Positions 26,739-36,520 of a DNA stretch of 64,000 bases are shown in pieces (within the stretch, counting starts at the first letter, position 1; each line of letters begins with the position of its first letter). The notes under the pieces were generated by a model that saw nothing but the letters and a program-made list of their open reading frames with translations, did no database searches and had not been told where the DNA came from. A program made the translations under genes and the position numbers. Source of the DNA: a virus (lineage: Duplodnaviria; Caudoviricetes); IMG/VR virus record IMGVR_UViG_3300009509_000020, positions 559 to 64,558 of that record, one strand, 5' to 3'.

Positions 26739-27296
26739 ATGGCCGATGGTATTCAAGATCAAAGCATGATACTCATTCCATCTGAATTCAATTTTATACG
26801 ACTAAATCTAGGCTATACTCCACCTTCACATATTGAGGGCCTTATTTTTTATGACCATGAAAACAAGACGATTTCTTTGATGACCAGCGTGCCTAATGTC
26901 ATCTTACAAATTGGTCAAGAACAATACCTTAGAGCCAGAAATGATCAGGGCGCACAAATTAACAATGGACAGGCAATATATATATCTGGGTCTGCTGGAG
27001 ATATTGCTAATGTAAAACTTGCCAAAGCAGATGCGATGCCAATGGTATGTGCAGTGGCATTGGCAACAGAAAACGTTGCTATTGGAGAAATAGGGTTTTT
27101 TACTACATTTGGCATTGTTAGAGATATAGATACATCTGGATTATCTATTGGGGATGTATGGTTATCTCCGACAATTGCTGGGGGATTAACAAATATAAAA
27201 CCAACAGCGCCAGATATTCCTGTTTTAATAGGCTGCGCCATTAAAATACATGCTAATCAGGGACAAGTACTCGTGAATATCGTGAGAAGTATTTAA
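26739..27296 (+). CDS. capsid-cement/fibre-like protein
   Basis: LQIGQE...I.NGQAIYISG...LAKAD...GIVRDIDTS...LSPT.AGGLT..KP.AP. Confidence 0.6.
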   Translation: MADGIQDQSMILIPSEFNFIRLNLGYTPPSHIEGLIFYDHENKTISLMTSVPNVILQIGQEQYLRARNDQGAQINNGQAIYISGSAGDIANVKLAKADAMPMVCAVALATENVAIGEIGFFTTFGIVRDIDTSGLSIGDVWLSPTIAGGLTNIKPTAPDIPVLIGCAIKIHANQGQVLVNIVRSI

Positions 27297-27739
27297 TGGG
27301 GGGTATAAGAAGCTCAGGATTCGATGACCAATCAATTGCCACTGGCGATGTTGATGTTGTCGTTGATGAAATCAATGCAAAAGTTCTGGAGTTACAAGAA
27401 ACTGGCGGAACCCTCGTAGCCGATGGAACAGAGCAAGATGTCTATATCGTAAATGCGCCGACAGCAGAATTAAAGCCAATCGTAACCTTCATAAATTTAG
27501 ACAATATGCAAGTCGGAGATGCTACCTTTATAAGAGTCTATTATCGAATTGCCAGCGGTGGCGCATGGCTATTGAGTGATTTTCAAGGATTTGCCAATGC
27601 TGATGGTGGATTGACGAACGGCAAGGTTTTGATAGCCATCGATCTTTGGCCTATCAGATATGGAGTGCGTGTAACATTGGAACAAACTGCTGGGGCAAAT
27701 CGGAATTATTTACATCAAACGATGTATGAGGCTAACTAA
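27296..27739 (+). CDS. probable virion structural protein
   Basis: TAATG-coupled; beta-rich. Confidence 0.55.
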   Translation: MGGIRSSGFDDQSIATGDVDVVVDEINAKVLELQETGGTLVADGTEQDVYIVNAPTAELKPIVTFINLDNMQVGDATFIRVYYRIASGGAWLLSDFQGFANADGGLTNGKVLIAIDLWPIRYGVRVTLEQTAGANRNYLHQTMYEAN

Positions 27740-28338
27740 TGGCCGGAGTTGGTATTGATTCAATAGGTAGAATAAAGAGCATTTTGGATTCTACTGACCA
27801 ATTGGTAAATGTATCAGCCCCTGGTCTTGGAGCGGCTATTGGTAGCGTCGCTTATACAGTAGCCGAAATAGAAAAACACTTTCATACCCGCGAACGGTGG
27901 CTCGGCATTAGAAGCCCGCAAACGGCGACGCAATGGGCAGCCAAAGGCGTAACAAATCCATATGTTGCTACAAGTGGCAACAATACTTGGGGAGCTGCTA
28001 TCCAGCTAATCGGAACAGGAGATACGCCGACTATTCCTGATATGACGATGTTCGACCCGCACCGCATCTTAGTAGTCGGCGTTAGCCATGATACACAATA
28101 TCTAATGCGGATTAGTTATGGCCCTGGAACACAGGCCGATGCGATAACAGCCAATCAATACTCTGAGATAATGGTAAAATTCGATTCTTTGAATCCACAA
28201 CAATCTGCCGGTATTCCATTTGACATCAAATTCCCTAGACAGAATGTGGGCTATGACAAGCTGTGGGCAGAATGCTGGAATGCAACAAATCTGGCAACGG
28301 CAAGTTTCTTTATCGGCATCCACGAATATATAGGATAG
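27739..28338 (+). CDS. probable virion structural protein
   Basis: TAATG-coupled. Confidence 0.55.
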   Translation: MAGVGIDSIGRIKSILDSTDQLVNVSAPGLGAAIGSVAYTVAEIEKHFHTRERWLGIRSPQTATQWAAKGVTNPYVATSGNNTWGAAIQLIGTGDTPTIPDMTMFDPHRILVVGVSHDTQYLMRISYGPGTQADAITANQYSEIMVKFDSLNPQQSAGIPFDIKFPRQNVGYDKLWAECWNATNLATASFFIGIHEYIG

Positions 28339-28347
28339 GTTCATATC

Positions 28348-30246
28348 ATGCCGTTTACGATTGCTGATGTCGAAAAGCATACAAAGAAGGCAACTACAGA
28401 TGACCTCAAGGCGCAATGGGTAGCCGTTGCCAATTCTGCGCTCGAAGGGTGTATTGAGGATGACGGCGACGATGAAAGTTGCGCGCCGAGAGCGATACAG
28501 CAAGCAAATGGCGTGATAGCCAGAATGGCTAGGGAGAACGAGGCTATGCCTTTAAATGAATATGCTTGTAGGATAAGACCACCTGATGATTTTCAGGATG
28601 GAAGTATGCGGCGTATAACGCGTGGGGCTAAGACAGGGCCAGGGCCTAGAGACGGCAAACAGCTTTCAATTATCATCGGTAGATTGACTGGAGAATCTGC
28701 CACGACAGCACAGGCATACCGTTACAAAAAGGATGATTGGACAGAAGCCCAAGCGAGGCAACATTGTCAAGAACAGGATGGAACTTTTGAAGAAGTAGCA
28801 GAAGGCGATATTGAAAACCTGGATGATTATATTGCTACGGCTGAAGAATATTATCGTCTCACTAGCAAATTCTCTGAATCGGCGGCGGCCCTTGATGCTA
28901 TCTTTGAAGAATTCACTGGCTCGCCGCGAAATCCTTATGGCACACATGCCAGCAAGGGTTATCCTGGCGGTCGGAATGCTTGGTTAAAAGCCTGGCGGAT
29001 TCATTTGTCTAAGGCCGATTCGGGCGCATTGCGGGGTACTATTCGTCGAATTGGTATGATTGGGGCGACGATGAAATGTGATATGCCTGCCATGTCAGCA
29101 GATGACGTCGGCCCACGCAGCGGGCCATCTGGCAGATTGGCCGGAGAATATAAGGAAAAGCCAAGTGACTATGGACTATCATCTTGGAAAAGTCCTAGTG
29201 ATGACGAACTGACTGCTGAAGATGTACAATTCACCTGCCAAGACCTGCAAGACATAAAGAAAATCGTGCTACAGGAGATAGCCAAGCGGCAGCAAGAAGC
29301 AGAGAATGAAGAAAGCGAAATAATGTCAGAAGATGCAAACCTAGCAGAAGTTTCTTTCGGGTATGCTGTTGATTTCGTAGAGCGCGAAAGCCCGAATGGC
29401 GCGGCCTACATTGACCTTGTACCCCTCAGGCCAGGATGGGGCAATAGGAAAGACAACCATTATTACCCGCATGATGTCGTGCGTGAATCTGCCTCTGTAT
29501 GGTTGGGTGCTAAAATGTGGGCAACAGATCACCGTCAAGAGGATAAAAATGCGCTCAATCAAATCAGCGAAGTTGTGCAAGCCCCAGCGGGATATACAAA
29601 AGATGGCGTACCATTCGTTCGGGCAGTTATCCTGAGTCCTGAATTTGAAGAGGTCGTAAGGCGTCGTAAACGGGCCGGAATCTTAGATAACTTGCATTGT
29701 TCTATTCTGGCTTCTGGCACGGTGCGCAAGAAGGAATTTGAAGAAAACGGACGTAAGGGCAAATATGTCGAATCAATCAGCCCAGACGGGGCTGGTATAG
29801 ATTGGGTAACGAAGGCCGGTGCGGGCGGTCATGCAACGGCCTTCAGCGAGGGAGGCATTATGAAGGTAAAAGGGGAAAAAGTCGAAGAAGTCAAAGAAGT
29901 GCAAGAGGTAGAATTGCGCGAGGGGGACAAAGGGCAAGAAGCCAGGCCCGAAGAAAAGGCAAAGAAATCACTGGCAGAAGCAGAAGTCAAGGATACTTTG
30001 GCAAGATCAAATTTGCCTGGCGCATCGCAGCAGCGGCTTGCCGAGGCGTCTTATCAAGACGCCGAGGCACTTGAGACGGTCATCAAGGCTGAAAAGGCTT
30101 ACGTCAAAGAGTTAACGGGGAGCGGCAAGCCGGTCGGTATGGGTGGCACGAAATCTATTGAAGAACTGTCGCCTGAAGAAGCAGAAGAAAAACAAAAGGC
30201 CCGCTTCAATCGTATCATGCGCGAAGTCGGGGCTAAGGAGGTATAA
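28348..30246 (+). CDS. multidomain prohead protease/scaffold with ChaB-like N-terminus
   Basis: QWVAVANSAL...RAIQQAN (ChaB-like); PGWGN...YYP...DH...CSI...DWVTKAGAGG (protease); charged scaffold tail. Confidence 0.75.
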   Translation: MPFTIADVEKHTKKATTDDLKAQWVAVANSALEGCIEDDGDDESCAPRAIQQANGVIARMARENEAMPLNEYACRIRPPDDFQDGSMRRITRGAKTGPGPRDGKQLSIIIGRLTGESATTAQAYRYKKDDWTEAQARQHCQEQDGTFEEVAEGDIENLDDYIATAEEYYRLTSKFSESAAALDAIFEEFTGSPRNPYGTHASKGYPGGRNAWLKAWRIHLSKADSGALRGTIRRIGMIGATMKCDMPAMSADDVGPRSGPSGRLAGEYKEKPSDYGLSSWKSPSDDELTAEDVQFTCQDLQDIKKIVLQEIAKRQQEAENEESEIMSEDANLAEVSFGYAVDFVERESPNGAAYIDLVPLRPGWGNRKDNHYYPHDVVRESASVWLGAKMWATDHRQEDKNALNQISEVVQAPAGYTKDGVPFVRAVILSPEFEEVVRRRKRAGILDNLHCSILASGTVRKKEFEENGRKGKYVESISPDGAGIDWVTKAGAGGHATAFSEGGIMKVKGEKVEEVKEVQEVELREGDKGQEARPEEKAKKSLAEAEVKDTLARSNLPGASQQRLAEASYQDAEALETVIKAEKAYVKELTGSGKPVGMGGTKSIEELSPEEAEEKQKARFNRIMREVGAKEV

Positions 30247-30248
30247 AT

Positions 30249-30854
30249 ATGCCTGCAACTTTTTATAGCGGCCCGCAATGGCAGCAATCTAGCGAACCGC
30301 ATACTTTCGTAGATGTACAAGAATTTGATTGCTGGCCGGTTGGTGATCGTAGCGGATCGGGCACTAAAGATCAACTCGCTCCTGGATTGCATCCTATCAT
30401 TGCTATCGGCGGCCGAACGGCAGCGGATGGCCGTCCACTTAATGTGACTGGCGTCGTGGTGAGTTATGCCGGTGTGGGTAGCGGAACGGCGACGGATCGC
30501 GTCGAAGTCAACATCGCCGATGGCACAATCGTGCGTCAATACGTCGCCAATGTATTGACCTACGCAGCGGGAGTGCCTGCCACTTTTGAGACCGCGCCAG
30601 TTGTCGGCCAGCCAGTCTACGTTGACGATAGCAATGATCTCGGCGAGGGCGTAACGTGTAGTCTAAGTCCGCTAAATGATGCTGATGTCAAGAATCCAAT
30701 GGCAGGCGTTCTTTGGTATTGCCAGGATGAAATCGCCGATGGTTTTGTGGGGGGTGCAAGGGCAACGTCCACATTCAATACCAGTCTGCCAAACGAGCTG
30801 ACAGAGCAGGTATTTTGTGTTCTGCTTATCAATGGCGCTCGTGAGTTGGCTTAG
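30249..30854 (+). CDS. head decoration / capsid cement protein
   Basis: Lies between scaffold and major capsid genes; VGQPVYVD motif. Confidence 0.6.
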   Translation: MPATFYSGPQWQQSSEPHTFVDVQEFDCWPVGDRSGSGTKDQLAPGLHPIIAIGGRTAADGRPLNVTGVVVSYAGVGSGTATDRVEVNIADGTIVRQYVANVLTYAAGVPATFETAPVVGQPVYVDDSNDLGEGVTCSLSPLNDADVKNPMAGVLWYCQDEIADGFVGGARATSTFNTSLPNELTEQVFCVLLINGARELA

Positions 30855-30863
30855 GAGAATAAC

Positions 30864-31991
30864 ATGAGACGAATTCTTTATGCAATGAAAGAAATTCGGC
30901 GCGGGCAATTGGAAGATAATGGCGCGCCGGATACGAAAATCAAAGAAGCGGTCAATATGTTTGAATACCTTGATCGCAACCTGAGCGGTATTAAGGCTAC
31001 TGATACCAATGCCAAACTATATGAGGTTATGATTAGCGCCGACTTCACTTATGCTATCCAGGAATTTGTACAACGACAAGCATTGCCTGGCTATCGCCGC
31101 ATGATGTTCAACTTCGAGCCGCTGGTCTATCCTGACACGTTGCCGAACTTCTTGCCTGTCACGAGGTATCAGAAACGCGCTGGCGTTGATGATCTGGAAT
31201 ATGTCGGCGAGAAGGGACAGGCGCGGCCGGGATATGTCGTTGATGCAACGAAGCGCCAATGGCAGGTTTACCGCTGGGATAAGCAATTCGACTTTTCATA
31301 CGAGGCGCTGAAAAACGATGACTTGGGTTACTTTTCCGACCAGGCGGAGTTGATGGGACAAGCGGCCCGGCGCACGCTTGAGAGGTTCGTTAGCCGTATG
31401 TATACCAATGCCACGACCATTGCCAGACTAACCGCCCTCGGCGCGCTGTATTCCACGACCGGACGCTTGACTTCAAACCGCATAAGCACGGCGCGGATGG
31501 CTTTCGGACAACGTGTTGACGACCGCAATGAGCCGATTGACGCCGACCTGGCTTATATCGTCTATCATCGCGGGCTTGAAGATACCGTTCGGCAAATCCA
31601 AAACAGTGAACTTGTGCCAGAACTGGCAACGAATGCAGCCAATGTCGTGCGCACCGGTTGGATTGGAATCAAAGACCCCTATATCGCCGGAGTTGCCCCT
31701 AACCTGCCCTGGTATGCTTTTGTAGATTATCGCTCCTATGGTATCCGCCCATTTATCCTTGCTCGTATGCAAGGCATGACTGGCCCGATGATTCTGCGCA
31801 AGCGCAGCGACATCGAGGCCGTGACTTCTATGCTTGGCGGGGGTGTGCCGGTCGATCCGATCATGGGCGATTTTGAGAGCGGCAATATCACGCTGAAAGT
31901 CGCCGATGTTTGGGGAACCTACGTTGATGGAACTGAGGGCAACCTGAACGACTATCGTGGCGCATATTACTCTAGCGGTACAGCGCCCTAG
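30864..31991 (+). CDS. major capsid protein (Mu gpT-like, HK97 fold)
   Basis: SADF...FDFSYEALKNDDLGYF...GQAARRT...F.SGNITLKV...DYRGAY.S.G. Confidence 0.88.
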   Translation: MRRILYAMKEIRRGQLEDNGAPDTKIKEAVNMFEYLDRNLSGIKATDTNAKLYEVMISADFTYAIQEFVQRQALPGYRRMMFNFEPLVYPDTLPNFLPVTRYQKRAGVDDLEYVGEKGQARPGYVVDATKRQWQVYRWDKQFDFSYEALKNDDLGYFSDQAELMGQAARRTLERFVSRMYTNATTIARLTALGALYSTTGRLTSNRISTARMAFGQRVDDRNEPIDADLAYIVYHRGLEDTVRQIQNSELVPELATNAANVVRTGWIGIKDPYIAGVAPNLPWYAFVDYRSYGIRPFILARMQGMTGPMILRKRSDIEAVTSMLGGGVPVDPIMGDFESGNITLKVADVWGTYVDGTEGNLNDYRGAYYSSGTAP

Positions 31992-32015
31992 AAAACAAGA
32001 GGGGGAGCAAAACCA

Positions 32016-32408
32016 ATGTCTAAGTTTGATAAATTGACGGCCGAGGTGAGAGAACTAAGGTCACTTCTAAGGCAACATGGAATCGTTGCGCCTGGCGAGC
32101 GGCCAGATACGACCAAGCAACACGATTATGTAGAGCACGGTTCGGCCCAACATGCGCAAATCATCGGTCTGATAGAAGCCAGGCCAGAGGATGATACATC
32201 TGGCTACATCACCTTCAAAAGTCCACAATCTGGCCGAACCTGGCGCTTGCACGATGAAGTGACGCCTTTCATGCAACATGCGAACCCGCGCCAGGTAGCA
32301 GAACTTGTCTTGCGCCAAAAGGTTTCAGAGCTTGATGCAGGCCAGCCGCAAGTGCCAGAAGGCGCGCCGTCTATGTGGCAGCCTGAGCGTTTAGCATACA
32401 CCTTTTAA
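32016..32408 (+). CDS. hypothetical protein
   Basis: GGGAG RBS after the capsid gene. Confidence 0.6.
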   Translation: MSKFDKLTAEVRELRSLLRQHGIVAPGERPDTTKQHDYVEHGSAQHAQIIGLIEARPEDDTSGYITFKSPQSGRTWRLHDEVTPFMQHANPRQVAELVLRQKVSELDAGQPQVPEGAPSMWQPERLAYTF

Positions 32409-32421
32409 GGAGTAACTAGAG

Positions 32422-33384
32422 ATGAGTGTCTTTGGCGGTGTGCCTATTCCTATGGAAAAATTGCCGCCGTGGTTTGGCGGCCAGTTTGGTGTGCCTGGAA
32501 GCGATACGCCAGAAGGATTGCGTCTCGGCTCGCGGTCTATCGTCTATTATGTTGATAAAACGAATACAGAGGCCAATGATAATAACGATGGCACCGACCC
32601 CCGCGCCCCAAAACTAACTATCGCATCTGCAATTACTGCCAGTAACGCGACGATCAACTGGGGAGATGCTTTTGGAGGAACCAAACCCTACAACTGGATT
32701 TTCGTCGGGCCTGGGGTATACCAGGAAGCCTTGACCAGCTTGCCACATTACTGTCACGTTGTTGGAACTGGCGTCTTGGGCACTGATGGGGCTACTGAGA
32801 TACATCCGACTGCTGGCAGCGCCATTGCTGGCACACAAATCAATGGGCGCTGGGCAAATATATGGTTCGAGTGTGAGACAGCAGTGCCGATTATTGATTT
32901 CAACGTCTGTAACAACGTTTTGGTAGAACATTGCTTCATCGCACGGGGCATAGCCGGTCTGGCGACTATCGGCATTGATTTTAGCAATGCAAGTCACGTT
33001 CAAATCGAAAACAACGTTTTTGGCTCAGGTGTTGCGGCCATCCCTACTGGAATCAATTTTGCCGGTGGAGTTGACATCTTTGCCCATTTCGTGCGCATCG
33101 TGGGCAATTACATCAACTGTGCAACGACTGGCATCAACATCCCGGCCAACTGTACGGCCTCCGGGGCATTAATCAAGCAAAACGTCATTTCCGGGCGTCC
33201 TGTTACCGGTATTCAAGACCTGAATGGCGGCTCTTACTGTGTAGACAATTGGATCACGGCCAGTGTTGATGCAATCAGTCATGTCAACCTGGCAACCAAT
33301 TGTATTGCCAATCACGTCATTGACGGCGCTGTGGGGGCAGTCGAAGATGCTGTGGGGGCAGTCGAAGATGCTGGAAATGATTAA
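32422..33384 (+). CDS. right-handed beta-helix (pectin-lyase-like) virion protein, paralog 1
   Basis: YYVD...D.NDGT.P..P..TI..AI, GPGVY.E, repeated I.NN.I strands. Confidence 0.75.
   Translation: MSVFGGVPIPMEKLPPWFGGQFGVPGSDTPEGLRLGSRSIVYYVDKTNTEANDNNDGTDPRAPKLTIASAITASNATINWGDAFGGTKPYNWIFVGPGVYQEALTSLPHYCHVVGTGVLGTDGATEIHPTAGSAIAGTQINGRWANIWFECETAVPIIDFNVCNNVLVEHCFIARGIAGLATIGIDFSNASHVQIENNVFGSGVAAIPTGINFAGGVDIFAHFVRIVGNYINCATTGINIPANCTASGALIKQNVISGRPVTGIQDLNGGSYCVDNWITASVDAISHVNLATNCIANHVIDGAVGAVEDAVGAVEDAGND
33328..33373 (+). repeat. 21-bp tandem duplication (AVGAVED x2)
   Basis: GCTGTGGGGGCAGTCGAAGAT twice, then GCTG. Confidence 0.9.
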
Positions 33385-33399
33385 GGCGGGGAGAATAAG

Positions 33400-33711
33400 A
33401 TGTTTGGCGACAATATAGCCAATCTGGATTGGGAATATTGGAATGGTGCGGCCTGGGCGGCGCTGACGATAAACAATGACAATACAGCGAATGGTGGGCA
33501 ACCAATGAGTGTCGCCGGTGTAAACTCGGCACATTGGAAACAACCAGCCAACTGGGATACGACTGCGGTTGGCGGGGTGACAGGTTATTGGGTGCGCGCC
33601 TTAATGCCAATGAGCGCGCCCAGGCTATGGACAAGATTTCTAAGGCAAATATTCTTAAAGAGGCGGCCCAATAATCCGATTATAGTCAAGAAGAAAAGCG
33701 GGAATGAATAG
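33400..33711 (+). CDS. short ORF carrying a duplicated segment of the distal tail gene
   Basis: 33419-33593 matches 43753-43927 with 9 mismatches in 175 nt; has its own GGGGAG RBS. Confidence 0.55.
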   Translation: MFGDNIANLDWEYWNGAAWAALTINNDNTANGGQPMSVAGVNSAHWKQPANWDTTAVGGVTGYWVRALMPMSAPRLWTRFLRQIFLKRRPNNPIIVKKKSGNE

Positions 33712-33719
33712 GGGGCAAT

Positions 33720-34706
33720 ATGCCTAGTTCTAGCGTGCAATGGCCCATTCCATTAACGCGCCTCAATCCCTGGTATCCAGGACAATTCGGCGTGCCAGGA
33801 ACAGATAACGAAACAGGATTGCGGCTACATAGCACTGGCGCAATTTTCTACGTAAGTCCAAATGCAATAGGCGTCTCCGATAGGCGAGATGGCACAGACC
33901 CCAACGAGCCTTTAGCAACAATCACGGCGGCGTTGACCAAGTGCCAAGCATATCGCGGCGACACAATTGCCGTCATGGCAAATAACGCCTGGCAATATGG
34001 CAATGCCGCCGATGGATATGCTTTGCCCATCTCAGAAGAAGTCACAATCACCGTGCCAGGCGTGAAATTAGTCGGGGTACACCCCTCTGGCTCGCTCGGC
34101 GTCGTCTGGACACCGGCGAGCAATGGCGGCACTTGTATCACCGTCCATGCTATAGATGTGCTTATCGAGGGCTTTGTTTTTACCGAGGGTGTATATACTG
34201 GCCTCGATGCAATCTATTGCGAATGGGATGGGGCTACTCTATTCGGCGAAAATCTAACCGTTCGGCATTGTTATTTCGACGATACGGTTGATACTGCGAT
34301 TCAGCTTGAGTTTAGTTGGTATTGTCATATTCACAACAATGTCTTTCAAGAATGTGACGCCTATGGCATTTATGTCGATCCTGCCGGGTCTAGTATTACA
34401 TATGCCATGATCGTTGATAACTGGTTTCAAAATTGTGCCGCTGCCCTTTCCTTGCGCGGCGTGGATAGATGCAAGATAGCCCGTAATCAAATTTACAATA
34501 GCAATGCTCAGGGCGGCGCGGCCGCGACAGATGAAGGAATAGATACGGCGGGCGGGGGACAAAACCTAGTGTACCACAACGTGTTATCTTGTTTGTTGCC
34601 TGTTCCTGCCAACGGAGATTATGATGACTTTTGTACAGCGGCGGCGACAGACGCCTGGATGCAAAACTACTGCCTAAACGGCCCATCAACGACTAATCCG
34701 ACGTAG
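33720..34706 (+). CDS. right-handed beta-helix virion protein, paralog 2
   Basis: Shares PW..GQFGVPG.D...GLRL...YV...DGTDP..P..TI with 32422. Confidence 0.75.
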   Translation: MPSSSVQWPIPLTRLNPWYPGQFGVPGTDNETGLRLHSTGAIFYVSPNAIGVSDRRDGTDPNEPLATITAALTKCQAYRGDTIAVMANNAWQYGNAADGYALPISEEVTITVPGVKLVGVHPSGSLGVVWTPASNGGTCITVHAIDVLIEGFVFTEGVYTGLDAIYCEWDGATLFGENLTVRHCYFDDTVDTAIQLEFSWYCHIHNNVFQECDAYGIYVDPAGSSITYAMIVDNWFQNCAAALSLRGVDRCKIARNQIYNSNAQGGAAATDEGIDTAGGGQNLVYHNVLSCLLPVPANGDYDDFCTAAATDAWMQNYCLNGPSTTNPT

Positions 34707-34715
34707 GAGAATGAC

Positions 34716-34898
34716 ATGATAGATGAACGATGCAAAAATACTCTGGTGAACAAACTTGGCATAAGTGTGGATTTGGCCGGTGTTGCCGTAGCGGCCGGCC
34801 TGACTTCTGTTTTGCGCGTCAGAGGCGCTTCTGATACTATCTTGCTTGCGCTCGGTTTTACACAGGAACAGATCGATGCTATCAAGGACAGAGAATAA
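34716..34898 (+). CDS. small hypothetical protein
   Basis: AGGAG RBS. Confidence 0.55.
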   Translation: MIDERCKNTLVNKLGISVDLAGVAVAAGLTSVLRVRGASDTILLALGFTQEQIDAIKDRE

Positions 34899-35351
34899 AT
34901 GGCTTGTACTGGCGCTTATGCTACGGCAGACGATTTTGCCGATTTCTGGTGTCTGGCTACAACCCTGACGGCCGAGGAAGAAGCCGCCATTGACGTTTTT
35001 CTTGCCCTGGCAGCAGCAGATATACACGCGGCACTGGCGGCAAGCGGAGCTTGTGATTGCACTTTGGCCTCATGGGCTACGCCGTTTCTGAAAAAGCTAA
35101 ATGTCATAGACGCTGCGGTTATTCACAATTGCCCGTGCGGATCGGCCAGTAATCGTTGGTCGGATGCTGTCAAGATGGGTATGTTAACCTGGATTTCGAC
35201 ACAGCTTGACCATTTGAGAACTGGGGCGTTAGAAGTATGTGATGGCGAGACGGGTATTGATTTCCCGTATGTGGATACCATAGAAAGAAACCTGACACCG
35301 TGGAATGAGGCGCAAATTATTTTGAATCGTCTGATGCGTGAGGGGAGCTAA
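34899..35351 (+). CDS. head-tail adaptor (Mu gp36-like)
   Basis: YAT.DD...L..A.ADI.A.L...L..LR.G. Confidence 0.7.
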   Translation: MACTGAYATADDFADFWCLATTLTAEEEAAIDVFLALAAADIHAALAASGACDCTLASWATPFLKKLNVIDAAVIHNCPCGSASNRWSDAVKMGMLTWISTQLDHLRTGALEVCDGETGIDFPYVDTIERNLTPWNEAQIILNRLMREGS

Positions 35352-35615
35352 ACTTGTGAGGCGGGCGCAAAGAGCCGCGTGCGGCTATACAACAAGAAAA
35401 GCCGATAATTGTTCCGGGCGAAATTGGCTTTGTGGAACTGAGATACAAGGGCCTTGCAAGGCGGCCTAGAAAATGGCGTGGTAAAGAAACGGGGGTTACA
35501 TACAAATTCTGGAGAGATAAAAGGCGGGGCTACGTTGATGTAAGAGACGTTGATGGCCTGATAAATCCTCCCCTACCAGAATATATGAATCCAGAGCCGC
35601 TATTTGAGGTAATAG

Positions 35616-36125
35616 ATGATTCTAACCAAGATGATAAAGCCAGGCAGACTTGATTCGGGGGCGATGCAGGCCGAACTAATTGCCGGTATATTAGAAATAT
35701 CACGGGGAATATTAAAAGATTTTCAGGAAACGACCAAGACATGGGCCAAGAAACCAAAATTCGATATGCTTTATGACCTCAAGGGCGGCCCTACAGTTTT
35801 AATCGGGACAGATGACGAGATTTACCGATACGTTGATGAGGGCACGAAACCTCACCCGATTTTTGCAGGAATCTATACGGGCAAAAGTGACAAAATGGTA
35901 CTGGCCTTTCCATCTATCTTCAAGCCGAAAACGACGCCGAACGTGATAGGCTCCGGGCCAGGATTCAAGGGCGGCGATACGGTATTGAGGCCATACGTCA
36001 ACCATCCAGGTACTAAACCACGCAATTTTAGTGATAATATTAGAAAAAAATGGGAAAAGCCATACAAGCGGCGGATGGAGCGGGCAATGAAAGACGCTGC
36101 TAGAAAATCAGGACACGGATTATGA
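35616..36125 (+). CDS. neck/tail completion protein (HK97 gp10-like)
   Basis: YVDEGTKPH.I...V.HPGTKPR.F. Confidence 0.75.
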   Translation: MILTKMIKPGRLDSGAMQAELIAGILEISRGILKDFQETTKTWAKKPKFDMLYDLKGGPTVLIGTDDEIYRYVDEGTKPHPIFAGIYTGKSDKMVLAFPSIFKPKTTPNVIGSGPGFKGGDTVLRPYVNHPGTKPRNFSDNIRKKWEKPYKRRMERAMKDAARKSGHGL

Positions 36126-36520
36126 CGATTGAAGATGAACTACCCATAGACGAACAAGGAGAAAGGCCAAAACGGCGCAAGATGGTACAGATAAAAGTCA
36201 TCTCACACAAAGGCCATTCTACGCTGATAGAATATGATGGCGGCAGCAAGCGGGTCTATGTGCCGCTTGATAGGATAGATGGGGACAAGATCGCGCAAGA
36301 GGAACTTGATAAGGGCATTGTCTACGGCCTTGAGTTTGAGCGGCTGATAACTATTTCTGGTACGCCAGAAGCGATTGCTGCCGAGTTAAAGAGGCGTGGG
36401 GTATGGACTTATGATGATTTGTGTCAGAAACCCCATGCCGTCCATAAGGCATTTATGAGATTTTACGGGAGAGACTTGGCGGCTCTCATGCAGGCCGCTA
36501 AATTGGAGGTGAACAAATGA
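36122..36520 (+). CDS. hypothetical protein
   Basis: ATGA-coupled in the tail module. Confidence 0.6.
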   Translation: MTIEDELPIDEQGERPKRRKMVQIKVISHKGHSTLIEYDGGSKRVYVPLDRIDGDKIAQEELDKGIVYGLEFERLITISGTPEAIAAELKRRGVWTYDDLCQKPHAVHKAFMRFYGRDLAALMQAAKLEVNK

